From Octopus sinensis (lineage: Eukaryota), in contig NC_043000.1 in assembly GCF_006345805.1 (NCBI RefSeq), forward strand, positions 109,492,001 through 109,556,000: a stretch of 64,000 nucleotides of DNA, in the 5' to 3' direction. Shown piece by piece: positions 1 through 13,359 of the stretch (the first letter of the stretch is position 1; each line of letters begins with the position of its first letter). A program made the position numbers and the translations under genes. The notes under the pieces are model-generated. The model searched no databases and had not been told where the DNA came from. It saw only the letters and a list, made by a program, of their open reading frames with translations.

Positions 1-715
1 ACTTTACAATAATTCTAACGGTAGAAACAATTAGAGAATTATATATATATACATATATATAAGATGCCCCGCTGGTCCAAGAACAAAAGAGAACCATGAT
101 AAAAGTAGCAATAATTACAAAGAGTACACTCAATGAAAACAGAATATGAACATGAATAGCACCAGATGAAAAGCAGTTACTATATTGTTATAAGGTAAGC
201 GGTAATCCATCAGTCAGAAACCCATAGAAAATTCTTTACAAGTGAAGACAAGACAAAAATTAATTTGTAATTTCACAAATGTACCGCAACTATTATAAGA
301 AGGAAATTGGCTGAAAGTAAGAAAATTGAATTAGACATAGACATCGAAATCAAAGAATTAGATTAATGTCACTTCAAATAGTTAGGAGTAGATGGAACTA
401 ATAAAATAGAATTACGAGAAATGAAAGACAAAATTAGAAATGCGTGCTACGGAACAGAATATAAAGAAACAAATAAAATAATTGAGATTCCACTTGTAAA
501 AGAACAGCTTCAATACACTAAATTGGAAATCAAGGAAATTGAAGGGTTTACACAGAACAACAAATAAACTCCTAACACGAATCCAGAATCAGGAGTCTGA
601 AGCGGATGATGACAAAATATATCTAACCCCGTCAAAAAATCTACGACTGATCTGATACAAAAAGACTACAACAAAACAATAGGACAAAAAAAACCTCTAT
701 TTGGTAGCAAACGAA
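1..715 (+). pseudogene. Decayed A-rich coding-like relic, probably retroelement-derived
   Basis: Strong A/purine bias with K/E/I-rich stretches broken by stops (e.g. GVDGTNKIELREMKDKIRNACYGTEYKETNKIIEIPLVKEQLQYTKLEIKEIEGF). No recognisable domain. Confidence 0.2.
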
Positions 716-722
716 ATAAGTT

Positions 723-993
723 TGACTTTTATCTTTTACTTCTCTCAGTAATTGGACTGCGGCCACGCTGGGGCACTGCCTTGAAGCATTTAGTCGAACA
801 AGTCGACGCCAGTATTAAGTTTTAATGCTTGGTACTTATACTATCGGCCTCTATTTTGCCGAACCGCTTGGGTACTGGGGAAAGGGAAACGGACCAACAC
901 CGGTCGTTCGTCAACGGACGGTGGAAGACAAACACTAACACAAAGACACACACAAGCATACACACACACGCACGCATACACACACACACTAAC

Positions 994-1036
<43 letters not shown>

Positions 1037-1140
1037 ATACTAAATCACTTACAAAGCATTGATCATTCCCGAGCTATAGTAGAAGTCGTTTATCCAAGAC
1101 ACCATGGGGATTGAACCTAAATTTCAGGTGACTGCATAGC
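723..1140 (-). mobile_element. CORE-type tRNA-derived SINE (family A), diverged
   Basis: Reverse complement matches the family A body and tail (..cggttcggcaaaa..gaccgatag..aagtacc..gccgcagtc..aagtaaaaga) with an internal (CA)n. Confidence 0.75.
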
Positions 1141-1153
1141 GAGCTAATGCAGA

Positions 1154-1677
1154 TACAACATGTCCATAAATTATCTTTACCACCTCCACAATTTATTGTA
1201 TCCTATTAGAGTTGAGACGCATCGATCAATTTCTTGCAACCAGCAACTCTTTGCCACCAAGATGGTGTGCCGCCCCATTGGGAGTTGAGCGCTTGAGAGT
1301 GTCTCAACAAAACTTTCTCAAACCGGTGGACTGGAAGAAGCGGTCCAGTCCCCTGGCCACCCACTTCGCCAGATATAACTCCCGTAGATTCTTATGGGGC
1401 TACATTAAAGACAGACTCTGACTTCAATGACCTGAAGGAAACAAATACACCAGGCCATACCCAACATTGATGAGGGTTTGCTCCAATGCACATTGACAGA
1501 ATCCAAGTGCCGTCTAAATGTATCGCATGCAACCAATGGATCCCCACATGCAAGTCTCCTGAGGTTTCAAATAAAACCTCATTTCTTTGTTTTCCAATAA
1601 ACTTTGCTCAGTTAGCCTTAGTTTTCATTTTCTTTCTGAATTCTTCAAATTGTAAAGGTAATTTATGGACACACACA
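1154..1677 (+). mobile_element. Internally deleted DD41D (rosa/Visitor-type) mariner-group element
   Basis: TIR TGTCCATAAATTATCTTTAC (1161-1180) matches the rc of 1652-1671 at 19/20. Internal translation HQDGVPPHWELSA*ECLNKTFSNRWTGRSGPVPWPPTSPDITPVD..LWGYIKDRL gives 41 aa between the 2nd and 3rd Asp. Confidence 0.85.
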
Positions 1678-1723
1678 CACATCTATATATATATATATAT
1701 ATAGCTCACCTCTTTCTCTTTCT

Positions 1724-1791
<68 letters not shown>

Positions 1792-3194
1792 ATACATCCA
1801 TACATACACACACGCACGCATACACACACACACACACACATCTTATGTGTATGCATCTGACAAGGTGTGTCCCTGATGTATGCAAGTAATGTAACAAGAG
1901 ATGGAATGTAGGTGAGAATCCTGTACGTTTGAAGTGATGGTTTTATTTTCAGTCTACCTACAGACGACATCTCAACGTTTAAACCGCCAACACAAAAAGT
2001 AATATATATATAAGAACAAAAAAAAAAAATAAAAAGACAATACGTCAATAAAAGCAGTAAAAAAAAGAAAATCTGCTTAAGAAAAAATAATTTCGATGTG
2101 ATGACGTCGGTGATAACGATGTCGATGCTGAGGTGAACGAGCAGGATAAGAACAATAAACGGGGAAAGGAAAAAGCTTTAAAACAAAAAAGAGGAAGAGT
2201 AGGGGGCAGTGGGTGGGTGGGTGGGGTGGGGGTAGAGTTTGCGGGGAACGTCTCGGTTATTGAGACGTCTTGTGTTCTCCTCGCACGCATAGTCGCGATG
2301 TGAGGTTCTGCAGTTCAGCTGCAGATGGCAATAAGATATTAAAAGCTTTCTTAAGCCTGCCTCTGAAAAAAATTGTTGTTGGTTTGCAGCCAAAGGAAAG
2401 ACAAAGCCTGCCTCACACGTATCTGGTTTCGTTGTTTAGCACTAAACACAATACACTCGAGCGCACCATAGCACCAACCTTTGAGCTTCTTAGTTTTTAC
2501 AGGTTAACACCTGTGCTATATATATATATGAATATATATATATATATAATATATATATATATATATGTATGTATATATATATATATATAATATATATATA
2601 TATTATATATATATATATATGTATGTATATATATATATATAATATATATATATATACATATATGTATGTCTATATATATACATACACATACACACACATA
2701 TATATATATGCACACATGCATATACCTACATACATACATATATAGTATATATAAATATATACACGTTTATCTAACTTATATGATATATATGTATTATGTA
2801 TATATGTATGTGTATGCATATATGCGTGTATATCTATATATGTATACGTACATTTATAAATGTATACACATGTATATAATAAATGCATGTGTGTATGTAT
2901 ATATATGTATATATATATATATATATACACATATGTGTATGTGTATGTGTGTGTGTGTGCGTGTAGTACATGTATACATTATAATTTATATGTTTATTTG
3001 TTTTATCTGGCCATAAATCAAAGAAAAATCTCTCCATTTTTCTCCTTCTGTCTACAAATCATAATTCAACAGCTGTTGCGAACATTCTTTCTGTATTTCT
3101 ACATCATAGAAGTGAAGATTTGTGGGTTGGTGAAGTTGTTGATAGGGTATCCAACAAACCGATGAGGGGCCGGCTTTTAGTATTTTATCATCAG

Positions 3195-3754
<560 letters not shown>

Positions 3755-3783
3755 TTATATTATTATTATTACTATTATTATTA

Positions 3784-4078
3784 TCATTGTTATCTTTTCA
3801 ATTTTGTTGTATTTCTTACCGAGTATCTTCCCGACACCTAGGGTAAAGAAACTCACCGTATACATTGGTAGGCCATTAAAAGAAATACACCAGATTGTAC
3901 ATGTACAAAGTCGTGTGATAGAAAATATGGTGAAAAAAGACAGAGAAAAAGGTAAGAAAAATAAAAAAAATCAAAATTAAAAAGAGAAAGAAAATAAAAG
4001 AGAAAAATAATAAAATTCGCAGCGACAATGCTCTTCTCAATACGTGTGACGTAGCAGTTAAGACAATCTTTATTGCTA
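3784..4078 (-). mobile_element. Second R4/Dong-like 3' stub (last codons plus 3' UTR) inside (TAA)n
   Basis: KIVLTATSHVLRRALSL C-terminus. Its 3' UTR aligns with that of the 37436-38352 copy. (ATT)n flanks both sides. Confidence 0.7.
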
Positions 4079-4101
4079 TTATTATTATTATTATTATTAT
4101 T

Positions 4102-4344
4102 AGACGACGAGCTGGCAGACTCGTTAGCATGGCGAGTGAAATACTTAGCAGTGTTTCATCTGCCGCTACGTTCTGAGTTCAAATTCAGACAAGGTCGATT
4201 TTTGCATTTCAACCTTTCGGTGTCGATAAATTAAGTACCAGTTAAGTACAGGGGTCGATGTGATCGATTGCGCTCCCTCTCCACAAAATCCAGGTCTTCT
4301 ATCTATAGTAGAAAGGATTATTATCATTATTATTATCATCATCA

Positions 4345-4403
<59 letters not shown>

Positions 4404-4721
4404 ATTATTAGGCAGTGAGGTGGCAGAAACGTTAGCACGCCGAGCGAAATGTTTAGCGGTATTTCGTCTGTCGCTACGTTCTGAGTTTAAATTCCGCCGG
4501 AATCGACTTTGACTTTCATTCTTTCGGGGTCGATATATTTAGTACCAGTTGCGTACTTGGATCACTCTAGTCGACTGGCCCCCTTCCCCAAAATTTCAGG
4601 CCTTGTACTTATAACAGGATTATTAATTAGACAGCGACATCATGGTAGAATCGTTAGTACATGGTATAAAATCCTAGAGGCATTTTTCTGAGTTCAAATG
4701 CTGTCGAGGTCGACTTTGCTT
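4102..4721 (+). mobile_element. Three tandem copies of SINE family C (4102-4320, 4411-4625, partial 4631-4721) with (ATT)n tails
   Basis: Head GGCGGYGAGCTGGCAGAAACGTTAGC, B-box GAGTTCAAATTCC, body GAGGTCGACTTTGCCTTTCATCCTTTCGGGGTCGAT. Confidence 0.85.
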
Positions 4722-4728
4722 TATATAT

Positions 4729-4762
<34 letters not shown>

Positions 4763-5022
4763 ATGCGTGTGTGCGAACGCACGCGCACGAAGAAGTGTGC
4801 AAAAGTATATGTCTGTTTGTGTGTGTGTGTGTTTGTGTATCGGGAAATGAAGCTGGTAGGAATATTTAAACCGTAAAATGTCACATAAAATCTTCACTCA
4901 ATAATTTATTACTTGATGTCAAACATTTTGTCGCACTGTCTGCGACCAGGTCACTGACACGGTTCTATAGCACTGAACAAGCTGCAAAAAGTAAAAAAAA
5001 AAGATTATAGTTGTGTGTGTGT

Positions 5023-5380
<358 letters not shown>

Positions 5381-5958
5381 TATATATATGTTTGTCTGTA
5401 TTTATCTGTGTCTATCTATCTATCTACCTATCCATCTATCTATGTATCTACATGCATGTATATGTATATGTATATACAGATATATATTTTTCTGTGTGTC
5501 TGTGTGTCTGTGTGTCTGTCTGACTCTCTCTCACTGTATATATATATATATAATATATATATATATATATACATACACACGCATATATATATACACACGA
5601 TCCTGCATATATATGTATTTAATCATAATGCAATGGAACTTTTAAGACAGATATTTGATATTTTGTCTGAATCAGTGTCTTGTCTAAGAATCAGGTTACC
5701 ATGCGTTGTCTCAGATGATGTGTGTGTGTGTGTGCGAAGAGAGGGAGAGAGAGAGAGAGTGAGGGGGGACAGAAAGAGAGAGAGAGAAAGAGAGAGAGAG
5801 ATGTAATACCGCCACACTGAAAATATGTAGGTTACGATGGGCAGAAGATGCGCTTTGGAACGGTGGCATAGAAATGGAAGCGGGGAAGAAAGTGGAGGGG
5901 CGCTGCTTGAGAGAAGCAAAAAGAAAAAAAAATGAACTGAACACAGATGCGGTGGAGG

Positions 5959-5999
<41 letters not shown>

Positions 6000-6433
6000 G
6001 TATGTATTTATGTTTGTGTGTATATGTGTGTGTATGTGTGCGTAAGTGTATGTGGGCGCTCTTTTGTATGCAGCTACGTGTGATCAGAGGCATAAGTGAA
6101 CAGAAAAAAAAAATTGTTATTACGTATAACACACACACAGGCACACACAGACAGACAGACACACACACACACACAACACACACACATGTACACACACTGT
6201 TATTTAGTGTTGTAAGCTCCACTTGTAAAGGTCTCATTTTCTTAGACTGTTAGAAGAGACACAGGCATCTCTCACCACTCTTTGTCTCTCGCTCACATAA
6301 CGTTATCAAATATATATATATGTGGATTTATTCACGAACTTATATGTGCTGCACATAACGTTACCCCGGCGACCCCGCCACACACAGAAACACATACATA
6401 CGTACATACGTAATACATACATAAGTACGTATA

Positions 6434-6521
<88 letters not shown>

Positions 6522-6634
6522 ATAATATATATGAATAATATATATAATATACATAATATAATATAAATACTGTATATATGCATATATAAATACATATATG
6601 TATATACACATATATATACACACACAAACGTATC

Positions 6635-6785
<151 letters not shown>

Positions 6786-7816
6786 TCATGTGTGCATACG
6801 TATATAAATATGTATATTCGTGTATAGATAGATAGATTGATTGATTGATTAATAGATAGATAAATAGATAGGTAGATAGATAGAGTTTTATGTATACAAG
6901 TTTGAGAGTGTAGGAATGTATATGTGTGTGTGTGTGTGTATCTTCCTGCATGTATGGGCATCTATGTGTATGCACATTTGGTTGTTTTCTATGTATGTAC
7001 CCATGTAACTATGCATGTACATGTACGTTACACACAGATACAGACACAGACACACACACACATACACATACACACATCTATATAATAGAGTTATTAGTAA
7101 GTTATTAGTAAAGGATAATCAATCCGCGAAAATACTTTAAAAGCTCTTTTTTTTAGTACACCAATATTGTTTAGATTAGTAAAGAACACTTTCTTGTATT
7201 CTTGTAGCAGGGTCCCAGCTTATGGTTCATCACCGTTCTGTAATTGTTATTCCGTGGTTGTGTTCTAGTTATACTGGTCTTTACACCGACTGATATTCAA
7301 GACAAGGCATAAAATAATGGTCATTAGATATATTTCCTCTTTTATTGTGGTAAATGTAACTTACAGATGTTTCCGGTCGTCATCATAGGTTTACTCAATC
7401 GGCCATTGATCGGTTGAGAAAAGTTGAACGGCCAAGAAAATTAAAGCTGCTTTCAACAGAGTCATTTCTGGTTATCCAGAAGCTGTAAGTCAAAATTTAT
7501 TACAATACAGAAATAGGCAATGACCATTATTTATGCCTGGTAATTGTATATATATGTACACACACACACACAGGGTGGGTGACAAGTCACGAATAGGTAT
7601 GAAATTTTAATAAATTTTAAAATCATTTTTTATTAAGCGATTTTTTCTCACCTACCTTACGTCTATTCTACCCTCTCTCTCATCTCTCTCTCTCTCCCCC
7701 TCTCTCTCCCTTTATACATATATAAATATATAAGAATATTATTCTTAATAATTTACAGTAACATCGGTGGCTAGCATGCGTAAAAGAATCCTAATAACTT
7801 TGCCTTTATATATATA

Positions 7817-8203
7817 CTAGCAGTATCACCCGGTGTTGCTTGGTTTTGTTTCGACCCTTTAGAATTGGAATTTTTGAAAAGTAAATTTTGCATTATGCAA
7901 CTTGTTATTCTATTCAAGTGAACATTTTCCCAGTTGAAATACACCGAAAAATGATGACACAGCAGTCAAAAATCGTAAAAAATAGGGATTTTCATAGAAA
8001 AAAAGCACCTTTTTGATGTAAATAATTTTTGGTGTTAACATGGTCCGATTTGAATTTTATCTCCTACAGAATGAAGAACAAGCCTTCTTCTATCATACTC
8101 TCAATTTTGGTCAACTTGCGCTGCAGGATCTCGAAGGAGATAGTGTTAGTTGAAGGCTACCAAACCTGCCACACACAGACAACTTCAGCTTTATATATAT
8201 AGA
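7817..8203 (-). mobile_element. Non-autonomous Helitron
   Basis: Minus strand reads A|TCTATATATATAAAGCTGAAGTTGTCTGTG...AACCAAGCAACACCGGGTGATACTGCTAG|T. This gives 5' TC, a degenerate subterminal hairpin, 3' CTAG and an A/T target. Confidence 0.85.
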
Positions 8204-8929
8204 TTTGCTACACATTACTTTCCATCCTTAATAATGAAACTTGGTAGATCCAAAAGTTAAACACACAGACACACACACAGATACACACACAGACACACAA
8301 GTTGAGTTTTATATATATATAGATTTCTCAACGGGGATTTCAGGGTAGAGTTTCAGGCAGTCCCTGGCGATGTATCGTGATGATCAAAAATCCGGCCTGC
8401 TAAAATTTGGTTAAAGTGATTCAAACTGCAGACGCAAAATGGTCACATTTAATTCAAAGCGTTAAAAATGTTATGAAAACAATTGGTATGTGTTCACAAA
8501 GTCCAAACGATTAATACGAAAAAACCCTCCAGGCTACATCCCGAAAATTCATTTCTTTGCCGAATTTCTACAATGTTTACGGCGATTCGTTTTTATATCT
8601 TGATTTTTTATTTTTCATGCAATTTACGCATGCTTGCACGCGTGGTAAACACAGTTCACGTCAAACAGCTGACTGAGTAAAGTTCACTATTCAATGCATG
8701 GGATAAGGCCTAAACAAACACATTATCGATTTTTGCACTTGCGAGATGAATTTCGGAAGAGAAATAGCGCAGTTCAATTTTCATTCGCCTAAACGTTAAG
8801 AGACCCATTTTTGGTGGTTCTACGATTTGTTGGCTAGGAGGAGATGTGCCGGGAAGTTAAACACACAGACACACACACACACATACAGATACACACACAG
8901 ACACACAAGTTGAGTTTTATATATATAGA
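8204..8929 (-). mobile_element. Additional Helitron 5' segments
   Basis: Two more TCTATATATA(TA)TAAAACTCAACTTGTGTGTCTGTG 5' ends at 8323 and 8929, forming a direct repeat (8254-8323 / 8854-8929). Confidence 0.65.
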
Positions 8930-8961
8930 TATATATATTTATATACATATAATATAAATAT

Positions 8962-9290
8962 GGCGTAGATGTGTGGGAAGAAGCTTGCTTCCCAACCATA
9001 TGGTTCCGGTTCAGTCCCAGTGCGTGACACCTTGGGCAAGTGTCTTCTGCTATAGCATCGGGCCTTGTGAGTGGATTTGGTAAATGGAAACTGAAAGAAG
9101 CCTGTGGTATATATATATATTTTGTGTGTCTATGTTTGTCCTCCACCATCGCTTGACCACCGATGTCTGCGTAACTTAGCGGTTCGGCAAAAGACGCCAA
9201 TGAAGTCCTGGGATCGATTTCTTCGAATAAAAGGCGGTGCTCCAGCATGGCCGCAGTCAAATGACTAAAACAAATAAAAGAATAAAAGAC
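8962..9290 (+). mobile_element. CORE-type SINE family A
   Basis: tRNA-like head, CORE motif CCTTGGGCAAGT, internal (TA)n, tail GGCCGCAGTCAAATGACT..TAAAAGAATAAAAGA. Confidence 0.85.
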
Positions 9291-9344
9291 TATATACATG
9301 ATGCTGAAGTATTGTAAATATATAGCAAAAAATGTTACATGACT

Positions 9345-9481
9345 TTTGTAACCCTTAAGGGTCGATGCAGCTGTAGCTTGTAGCCCCAGGAAGACATCTC
9401 CTCTAGCTGGCTATTGACACACTATCTGTGCCCTATCAGTATTTGCGAAGGGAAGTCATCGTATGTATGTATGTATGTATG

Positions 9482-9515
<34 letters not shown>

Positions 9516-9900
9516 TGTATGTATGTATGTATGTATGTATGTATGTATGTATGTATATGTACGTATGTATGTATGTATGTATATATGTATGTATATGTAC
9601 GTATGTATGTATGTATATATGTATGTATGTATATGTATGTATGTATGTATGTATATGTACGTATGTATGTGTGTATGTATGTATGTATATATGTATGTAT
9701 GTATATGTACGTATGTATGTATGTATGTATGTATGTATGTATGTATGTATGTATGTATGTATGTATATGTACGTATGCATGTATGCATGTACGTATGTAT
9801 GTATGTATGTATGTATGTACGTATGTATGTATGTATATGTATGTATGTATGTATGTATATATATGTATGTATGCATGTATGTATGTATATACACGTATAT
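9345..9900 (+). repeat. Putative LINE 3' UTR stub (~9345-9460) running into a long (TATG)n microsatellite
   Basis: Complex sequence AAGGGTCGATGCAGCTG..CCCCAGG.. joined directly to ~440 bp of (TATG)n. Confidence 0.45.
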
Positions 9901-10582
9901 ATATATATGTACACAAACATATATGTATATATATGTATGTATAACATATATGTGTATATATGTATGTATATATATATATATATACATATATGTGCATATA
10001 TTATGCATATATTTGCAACATATTTACATTATGCATACAGGTTATATATATATATATATATATATGTATATTACATCCATACACACACTTACACACATGC
10101 TTATCCATTTTAATACTCATTCGTACCCCTCTACACGTTTACAAAGCATATACAAACACTATTACTCCTGTGTGTGTGTGTATGTAAAGGGAGGGACGGG
10201 CAGGCAATGAGACGGGAGAGTGAGAGGAGTCATAGAGAGGGAGAGGGAGAGGGAAGAGGTGTGCCAAAAAGCAAAAAAAAACTACAGAATGTAATTATAT
10301 GAAGAAGGTTAACGAAAACCCGTTTTATTTGTGGTGTCTGGGTAAAGAATCAATTTTGTGGACAATAATAAAGAGAAACGGGGTGAGGATTTCGTTGATG
10401 ACAATGTTGATCATAATGATGGTGATTAGGATGGTAATGATGATGATGATGATGATGATGGTGATAATGGTGATGGTGATGTGAGTGATGGTCAGAAATT
10501 TGAGAAAAGAAAATGTATTTAAGATGATACTGAAAGTGTTATATGTAAAGTTTGTATGTATGTTCGTGTGTGTATGCGTGTG

Positions 10583-11254
10583 TAATTTTCATCTGTCTTG
10601 CCCGCCTAATTGGTTCTGGTGTTCGCTGAATTTTCCTCTAGAGAACATTCTTTGTAGTTTGATCGTTGGTGATCTATTTCTAGCATACGGCCGACTACCT
10701 AGCAGTCTTGCCCTTTCAATATACACATGTATTAGAATTTTCTCTGATTTTTCAGATTTTTTGTATGCTAGGCTACTGGTTTTAAATTAATATTAATTTA
10801 TCTCCCTCATTATTTAAATATTGAAATAAATACGTTCTCTAGTTGGCAGCCCTAACCGCAGTAAATTATTTACTGCAGTTCTTCGCTTCAGGAATTTTTA
10901 GCGCGCCAGAACTAAGACTTTGAAATTTATCCCTAATGTAATCGGTAAAAACTAAACACGTGTTTTGTTTGGCACAGAAAGCTGGGGTTAGTTTTTTCAA
11001 ATTGCATTTTGTCTGAACGATCGCGCTGACGAAACTACGGACATTTGAATTATGTAAGTAATTCTTTTGTAATAGTTGAAACCGAGGTATGTGATTAATT
11101 CTGTTTTTTTTTATATAATTTTCATCTGTCTTGCCCGCCTAATTGGTTCTGGTGTTCGCTGAATTTTCCTCTAGAGAACATTCTTGTAGTTTGATCGTTG
11201 GTGATTCTATTTCTAGCATACGGCCGACTACCTAGCAGTATTGCCCTTTCAATA
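10583..11254. repeat. ~139-bp direct repeats (10583-10721, 11116-11254) with a 533-bp period
   Basis: TAATTTTCATCTGTCTTGCCCGCCTAATTGG...TTGCCCTTTCAATA occurs twice with only a few differences. Confidence 0.9.
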
Positions 11255-11256
11255 CA

Positions 11257-11305
<49 letters not shown>

Positions 11306-11391
11306 CATATATATATATAATATATATATATATATATCTATATATATATATATATATATGTGTACACATATCATACAGAAACGCACACATA

Positions 11392-12983
11392 CTGTGGGGG
11401 ACAAAAGAGTTTGCAGACCTATTTTTTCTGAATTTCTTTATTATTTTGCTTTATTTTTTAGTTTCACCTCTTTCCATCATTTGCTGGTTGCCATTCTGTT
11501 TTTTTTCATTACTACATTTTACGAAAAAACCCAGAATTTAATAATTGTTAAACATTTTCCTCTTTTCAGGTGAGCCAAAAGTTTATGCAGGTAACATAAA
11601 TTTATTAATAATGGCTAAAGGAAAGATGTTGACAGATAGCGAGAAGGGTGAAATTGTTAAATTACTTGCTGCAAAGAAGTCTACATTAGAAATTTCAAAA
11701 AGTTTGAAACGAGATCATCGAACTGTGAAACGTTTCATTGACGGCAAAGATGGAAGAAAAAAGCACAAAAGTGGCAGAGCAAAGGTGACTTCACCACGAG
11801 ATTTGAGAAAAATCAAGAGGAGTGTGCTAGCAAACCCACACAGCACAAGCAAAGCTATTTTCGACTATGCAGGAGTGTCTGACATCTCTAAAAGGACCCG
11901 AAATCGGATTTTGAAACAAATAGCTGACCAGAGAACACCGACAAAATGTCCTCTTTTGAGTGATATCAACTGTCAGAAGCGACTAGCATGGGCCACTAAA
12001 TATTTGAAAACCAATTTTCAAAATGTTCTCTGGACTGACGAGGCTAGAGCAACCCTCGACGGTCCCGACGGTTGGACCAAGGGATGGCTTCTTAAGGCAA
12101 TAGCCCACGCTTGCGATTCAGACGTCAACAGGGCGGAGGGGGAGTGATGATTTGGGCTGGGATTATTGGAAGTGAGATTGTTGGTCCTTTTCTTGTCCCT
12201 GAAGGTGTCAAAATGAATTCTGTGAACTACTGCGAGTTTTTGGAAGAGAATTTATTGCCCTGGTTGAATTCACAAAATGATGCTGTTAACCAGAATCTCA
12301 TTATTCGACAAGACAATGCCCAAGCCATGCTTCTCGGTTCACAAAAGCTTGGCTTTCAGACCAGGGGATCTCTGGTGAACGTCTGATGGACTGACCACTC
12401 AGAGCCCGGATTTGAATCCGATAGAGAACCTCTGGTCGATTCTGAAGAGGAAGGTTTACGAAAACGGGCATCAATTCAACAGTAAAAAAGATATTTGGGG
12501 AGAGGATCAAGGAGGTATCTTCTGAAATCACACCTCAACAAGTGCATAAATTAACCTCCTCTGTTGATAGGAGGCTGATGGATTTGATTAAGAATGAAGG
12601 AAAGCGTATAAAGGGTTAAATTGTTTTTTATAAATTTGTATTGTTTTGTTAATTGTTATTTGAGCAATAACTGTTGTTTTCTGTAATATGTTTATCAATA
12701 TATGGTACTTATTCATAATGACACAATGTTTCAAATTATATTATGTTTAAAAATGTTATTTATTTCGATAAATGAGTTTGCAAAACTCTTTTGGCCCATA
12801 TTCCTCCTGAAATTTTTAAAAATCCATATTTTCCCCCCCAGAATATGATTATTTGGTTTCTGTCTCTAGGAATTACTTTATATATTTGCATTACGAACAA
12901 TGAGTAACATAGTTATTATATTGGAAAATATGAAGCAAAATTTATCAATATATACAATTTGCAAACACTTTTGACCCCCACAG
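11392..12983 (+). mobile_element. Full-length Tc1-like DNA transposon, DD37E (TRT-type)
   Basis: TA|CTGTGGGGGACAAAAGAGTTTGCA ... TGCAAACACTTTTGACCCCCACAG|TA, a 24-bp TIR with 2 mismatches and TA flanks. Inner repeats at 11572-11590 and 12778-12798. Confidence 0.92.
11611..12619 (+). pseudogene. DD37E Tc1-like transposase, frameshifted
   Basis: MAKGKMLTDSEKGEIV HTH; WTDEARATLDGPDGW; RRQQGGGGVMIWAGI; QDNAPSHASRFTKAWLSDQGISGERLMD*P.QSPDLNPIENLW (37 aa D to E after repairing 1-bp indels). About four 1-bp frameshifts and one TGG>TGA. Confidence 0.9.
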
Positions 12984-13359
12984 TATATTGAGAGGCGGCG
13001 AGATGGAGAACCGAGACGCTGAACTGTGTTTACATATCCTACAATCTTCTTGATATATAATGCATGGGATTAAGACAAATACTCCAGAATAAAGGTGGAT
13101 TGCGACACAGCTTTAACTCTAATCCATTGCACGGGTGACTCCTCGCAAAATGTCTCTCAAGTTTAGGAAGCGTGCAGACATAGATTAAGCAAAAGACATT
13201 GATGCAATAACAGCTCTTTTTTTGTTTGTTTGTTATAAACCTGTGATGCAATTCCAGTTAACACTTCAGGGCAAAATGGGTAGAATCATATGCACGGAAT
13301 CTGTTCCCTCTACCATTGCTGTAAGAACATTCGTACATATACATACATGCCTATATTCA

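Noticed and set aside
9414-10210. Long ORFs such as [14 protein letters not shown] and YIYIYI (also near 13.3, 34, 40.6, 46.2, 47.5, 56 and 57 kb)
   Set aside because: These are translations of stop-free microsatellites, open in several frames and on both strands.
10583-11254. LTR retrotransposon or TRIM
   Set aside because: No TG..CA ends, primer-binding site, polypurine tract or TSD visible. Kept only as a direct repeat.
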